Origin: an uncultured delta proteobacterium
Lineage (GTDB): Bacteria > Desulfobacterota > Binatia > Bin18
DNA: 64,000 nt
Assembly: GCA_963733195.1 (NCBI GenBank)
Contig: CAVTCR010000057.1
Coordinates: forward strand, 2,589 to 66,588
Direction of reading: 5' to 3'
Positions 59,943 through 64,000 of this stretch are shown here, one piece after another; position 1 is the stretch's first letter; the number at the start of each line of letters is the position of its first letter. A program made the translations under genes and the position numbers. The notes under the pieces were generated by a model. That model was given only the letters and a program-made list of their open reading frames with translations. It ran no database searches and was not told the origin of the DNA.

Positions 59943-60074
59943 CATCTCCTACCTGTCTCCATGCCCGCTTCTTATCATACCTTGACATCGAAATACCACC
60001 GAATGAGCATCGTTTTGGCATGACTGTGCGCCTCGCTTTCGCTATGCTTCGAGGAGCAGAAAGGAGTCGCCACT

Positions 60075-60518
60075 ATGAGCAATATCCGTATCATCCTCGA
60101 TCCCCACGCTCCGGACAGTAGCAAACAATTTGTTCAGATCGCCCTCGACTTGTATAACGTGGCGGTCACTGGACTGGCAGAGTACTACCCCGTCGCGATC
60201 TTTCTCAAGCGCGACAACGAGGAGATTGTTGGCGGCGTGCTCGGCGACATTTGGGGCATGTGGTTACATGTGACGTATCTGTGGGTTGCGGTGCCACTCC
60301 GTCACCAAGGCTATGGCAGCCAATTGCTCCTTGCGGCAGAGCAATACGCGATTGAACGGGGCTGCCAGAACGTCCATCTGGAAACCTTCAGCTTCCAGGC
60401 ACGCCCCTTGTACGAGAAGCACGGTTATGAAGTCTTTGCGCAACTTGATGATTTTCCCCCAGGGCACACGAAGTATTTTCTACGCAAGCAGTTAGGTGGT
60501 AGAACAGCGTCTGTGTGA
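60075..60518 (+). CDS. GNAT-family N-acetyltransferase
   Basis: 147 aa. AcCoA-binding motif (VAVPLRHQGYGSQLL) and a C-terminal Tyr region. Confidence 0.8.
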   Translation: MSNIRIILDPHAPDSSKQFVQIALDLYNVAVTGLAEYYPVAIFLKRDNEEIVGGVLGDIWGMWLHVTYLWVAVPLRHQGYGSQLLLAAEQYAIERGCQNVHLETFSFQARPLYEKHGYEVFAQLDDFPPGHTKYFLRKQLGGRTASV

Positions 60519-60547
60519 CGTACGTTGAATCAAGGAGGGGTAGCTCT

Positions 60548-60790
60548 ATGGACCACACTGTATTTGCCCTGGAACCCTATCTCAAACAGTTGTACTTTTC
60601 CGGCAGCCTCCAACCGACCGAGGATGGGCTTGAGGCACTCCACCGCGCAAGCCTACACGATTCCCTTCGAGAATTTCGATATTTTGCTGGGGCGTGGCAT
60701 TACGCTCGAACCGGCAATGATTTACGACAAGCTCGGGGGCACACTCAGGGCGAACGGAAAATGTATCACGAAAAGTGAAGGAAAGTGCGA
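60548..60790 (+). pseudogene. Arylamine N-acetyltransferase (NAT) 5' fragment, frameshifted and truncated
   Basis: LEPYLKQLYFSGSLQPTEDGLEALHRA in one frame, ...IPFENFDILLGRGITLEPAMIYDKL in another. Only about 80 codons are present before the convergent MFS gene. Confidence 0.45.
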
Positions 60791-60807
60791 CTCCTCTGTG
60801 GTTTGGT

Positions 60808-62128
60808 TTAGTGCTGCGTTTTTGCCTGCTCCATCATGGAGGCAACGACAACTGCTGCCGTTCCCACAAGAGCGATCCCCCCAGCACAGAGATACATGGT
60901 TGAAAAATCGGTTCGCTGCAGTACCTGCCCAAGGCCGATAGCGCTCAGTCCGACCCCGATGTCAAACGCCATCATCAAGGTTGCGAGCGCAGGACCACGA
61001 TCGTGGATGGTGGAACGGTCGACAATCCACGCCATAATTGCCGGATGCACAGCGCCAAAGCCGATCCCCTGCAAAACCGCAGTCCATAACAACCCGGCCA
61101 TTGATGTCGTATATGCTAAGACAACCATCGATACCGCGAGAAAAAACATGCCAGGAATAATTACCGCAGAGCGGCCAAAGCGATCAGACAGCCGACCAGA
61201 TAACGGGCGGAGAACAACAACGACGATCGAATAGACAGTAAAAAAGAGGCCAGCATTGCCGAGATTATGGTGTTGGACAAACAACGGGAGAAACGAAACG
61301 ATCGCACCAAAGGTCATCGTCATACACATGGCAATAAAGCCAGGAAACAAGGCCACACGGCTAAAGAGTGCTGGTCGGGCAGCTGCGGGTTGACCGGCCA
61401 TGCGCGCGAGACTGATGTGGATCATGGACTAGTTGCACTAACAGTAAGCACGCCAGCGCAAGACCGGCAGAAGTCCAGAAGAGACCAGCGAAACCCAACC
61501 AGCCAGCAAGAGTGATACCTAACGCGGGACCAATCGCCATGGACAAATTCATTGCCATGCCGTAATAACCCATCGCTTCGCCACGCCGGGCTGGAGGCGC
61601 GAGGTCAGCAATAAACACACTGCCGGCAGTCGTATAAATGGCAATTCCGATGCCATGAAAGAATCTCAGCGCAAGCATGACAGGTACTGATGTGGCCTGA
61701 GTGTAGAGGGCGGAGAAGATAACGTAGATCAACGCGCCGAGTGCCAAGCAGGATTTGCGGCTCCACGTATCTACGAGCCGGCCCGAAAGCGGGCGACTGA
61801 GTACCGCAGAAACCGCAAATGCCCCCATAATCATGCCAACTTGTGATTCTGCGCCGTGCAACTCTTGGACAACAAACAACGGCAAGACTGCGAACAGCAA
61901 GAACATACTGCCCGAAAAAAGAAAGGTACTGAGACACACCAGCAAGAAATCGCGCGTGAACAGCGCTTCCGGCTCTGCGGAAGGTGTAGCGATTTGCGGT
62001 TGCGGAGTGTGTGGTGAAAGAGATTGGGCAGGTTGAGACACTGCGGGTGAGTGTATCTGTGGCTCTGTGGTGAAACAAGGGACCTTTTTAAATACAGAAT
62101 GTAGAGCAGAATGATGAATAGAATGCAC
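60808..62128 (-). pseudogene. MFS transporter, frameshifted into two half-ORFs
   Basis: ORF 61361..62128 has the N-terminal six helices and a Pro/Gln-rich leader. ORF 60808..61425 has the C-terminal six helices. They overlap by 65 nt in different frames. Confidence 0.7.
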
Positions 62129-62151
62129 TGAAAGAGGAGAGCACCTCAGTT

Positions 62152-62973
62152 ATGGCTAGAGGTGAAAAGACAGTTTATCATTGTCTTCATATGAGAGCCT
62201 CACGTTCCTTTTTGTCCTTAGTACGGTGTGGCGGACTATCATTTCTTTTGTTGTTAGTAAGCGTGGTAAAAGCAGAAGATCACATGGCTAAAGGTCGTGA
62301 GTTGGAAGACCGCACGTTGTATGGGCCAGCGACGGCTGAGTATCAACGAGCAATCAAGAACCAACCTGAGCAAGCGGCTGAGGCGCATTACCGCATCGGC
62401 CTGTTGTCGAACAAATTAGGCAACACTGAAGGCGCAGTACAAGAATTCCGCACCGCCCTGCAAATTAATCCGAATCACGCTGAGGCGCGTAAAGGGATTG
62501 CCGCTTTTCATCTCAACCGTGGGGCAAATTTTCGCCAGCAGCGCCAACTCCCGCAAGCTATCCAGGAACTGCAAGAAGCGGCGAAAGTTGATCCTGGGTC
62601 GAGTGCTGTTTACTTGGAGTTAGGGATTGCGTACGAAGAAAGCCAACGTCTTGCTGATGCAGTGTCCGCATATCAAGCCGCTGTAACTGCAGATCCTAAG
62701 AATGGCAACGCGCAGTTACGGCTCGGACAAGGATACAATGCCCAGAAACAATACGAGCCAGCAATCGGTGCCTTCAATGCTGTGCTGGAAGGCAATCCTA
62801 ATAATGCTGACGCCTATGCTGGTCTCGGCGTAGCTTACTTTCATCAAGACAAACGCGACGAAGCCAAAAAGGCTTTTGACTTATCGATGCGTAAGCATTT
62901 AGTCGCTGGACGGCGCGACCTTGCCATCAAGGTCAAGCAGGAATCCGATGTGCTGTTTGGCGCGCAACGATGA
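62152..62973 (+). CDS. Secreted TPR-repeat protein
   Basis: Signal-like N-terminus (start probably the Met at 62191), then repeated TPR units (AHYRIGLL...; AEARKGIAAF...; VYLELGIAYE...; AQLRLGQGY...; AYAGLGVAYF...). Confidence 0.75.
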   Translation: MARGEKTVYHCLHMRASRSFLSLVRCGGLSFLLLLVSVVKAEDHMAKGRELEDRTLYGPATAEYQRAIKNQPEQAAEAHYRIGLLSNKLGNTEGAVQEFRTALQINPNHAEARKGIAAFHLNRGANFRQQRQLPQAIQELQEAAKVDPGSSAVYLELGIAYEESQRLADAVSAYQAAVTADPKNGNAQLRLGQGYNAQKQYEPAIGAFNAVLEGNPNNADAYAGLGVAYFHQDKRDEAKKAFDLSMRKHLVAGRRDLAIKVKQESDVLFGAQR

Positions 62974-63074
62974 TCTCGGCCCGACAAGGGAAATGGCGTA
63001 CAGTTTGGGAATAATTGACACCATTTACCTGGCAGCGAGGCGAAAATGAGGAAGAAGAGTTGGCAAATCTACTA

Positions 63075-63845
63075 TTAGAGCATGACATCGCCACCATTTG
63101 GGCTGATGCACTGACCGACCATATGGCGTGCTTCGTCAGAAGCGAGAAAGACATACGCTGGTGCGATATCCTCGACCGTCGCGAGGCGACCCTTAGGAAT
63201 ACTAGCGCGAATGGCCTCGATCGTGTCGGTGCTGATCCCGCTGAGGATCGGCGTTTCCGTCGCACCAGGGGCGACACAATTCGCATTGACATTACGGGTA
63301 CCGATTTCGAGCGAAAGCGCACGGGTAAAAGCGATAATGGCGGCTTTTGCGGCGCAATAATGGCTCAGCCCCGGAGCCCCTTTGTAGGCAAGCTGAGAAG
63401 CGGTGTTGATGATCTTGCCGTAGTCCTGTTGATACATAATTGGCAGAACGTAGCGTGTACAGAGAAACACACTGCGAAGATTCGTGGCCAACATTTCATC
63501 CCACATCGCGGAGGTCATACGCTCTATCGTGGAGACGGTAGCGATTCCAGCGTTGTTCACAAGAACATTGATCCTACCGTAGATCCGCATGGTTTTGTCT
63601 ACGAGCCTGACAACCTCGTCTTCTTGTGAAACATCCGCTTGCACAGTAATTGCCCGTTGACCGACGGCAGTGATGGCATTCATCACTGTCGTCGCATTGT
63701 AGGCTTGGGCCTCATTCGGATAATTAATCACTAGATGTGCTCCTTCGTTGGCGAAGGCGAGGGCCACAGCTTTTCCGATGCCACTACTTGAACCAGTGAC
63801 CAGGGCGATTTTGTTGTCGAGCTTGCCCATGATGATCTCCTGCAA
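63075..63845 (-). CDS. SDR-family oxidoreductase (FabG-like)
   Basis: 256 aa. TGSSSGIG cofactor motif, NNAG, catalytic S...YxxxK (YCAAKAA). Confidence 0.9.
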   Translation of the reverse strand: MQEIIMGKLDNKIALVTGSSSGIGKAVALAFANEGAHLVINYPNEAQAYNATTVMNAITAVGQRAITVQADVSQEDEVVRLVDKTMRIYGRINVLVNNAGIATVSTIERMTSAMWDEMLATNLRSVFLCTRYVLPIMYQQDYGKIINTASQLAYKGAPGLSHYCAAKAAIIAFTRALSLEIGTRNVNANCVAPGATETPILSGISTDTIEAIRASIPKGRLATVEDIAPAYVFLASDEARHMVGQCISPNGGDVML

Positions 63846-63880
63846 TCAGCCTTCAGTTCTCAGCTTTCAGTCAAGTCTAA
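63846..63880. repeat. GA-rich repeat family member in reverse orientation
   Basis: TCAGCCTTCAGTTCTCAGCTTTCAGTC is the reverse complement of the CTGAAGGCTGA / ACTGAGA units. Confidence 0.35.
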
Positions 63881-64000
63881 CATGCGGCTATTAACCCCTC
63901 GCTTTCTTCTGCTGAGCGCTGAAAGCTGACGCCTGACAGCTTTTTCACAACGGTTTACTTTTTACCTGAAAACTCGGTAAGACTGTATTGGTCTTATCCC

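Overview
The window is a 64 kb stretch of a moderately GC-rich (roughly 57-60%) bacterial chromosome or metagenomic contig. The phylum cannot be assigned from sequence alone; F420-linked enzymes, a DUF507 pair, GroEL with a GGM tail and an ECF transporter are present.

The first ~31 kb reads like an accessory, decaying region:
- An IS256-family transposase gene runs off the 5' edge.
- An IS4-family element with 17-bp inverted repeats (IRs) sits inside a large class III cyclase-AAA ATPase-TPR regulator gene, which also carries frameshifts.
- Three paralogous, all frame-disrupted copies of a membrane-anchored class III nucleotidyl cyclase / TolB-N-like / TPR gene share one conserved sigma70-type promoter (TTGACA-N18-(G/A)ATAAT with CAGCAG before the -10) and one conserved 3' end followed by a purine-rich GA repeat. 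Three further remnants of this family are present: a collapsed 5'+3' copy, a promoter-only copy and a 26-codon N-terminal stub.
- A REP-associated tyrosine transposase (RAYT) is bracketed by palindromic REP hairpins (CCCAGGCTCTGCCTGGG-like). The same REP pairs occur at three other loci.
- There are several toxin-antitoxin (TA) pairs (HepT/MntA, DUF4258/zinc ribbon, a DUF2283-like pair), an ECF transporter module with a broken second ATPase, and a GT4 glycosyltransferase - O-methyltransferase - Rieske trio.

The second half looks more like core genome:
- thiE (frameshifted), an NtrC-type sigma54 activator with its PAS histidine kinase, a DUF507 pair, groES-groEL with a clear terminator, AIM24, an M48 peptidase and the F420:NADP oxidoreductase Fno.
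- A TPP-dependent 2-ketoacid decarboxylase, an HtrA-like protease, hydrolases, a thioredoxin-NHL fusion, an amidohydrolase, MBL-fold proteins, a GAF histidine kinase, a soluble acyl-ACP desaturase, GNAT, a frameshifted MFS transporter, a TPR protein and an SDR.
- Two duplicated winged-helix gene fragments share a conserved upstream motif.

Many genes carry frame disruptions. All calls are from reading the sequence and ORF translations; no database searches were run.
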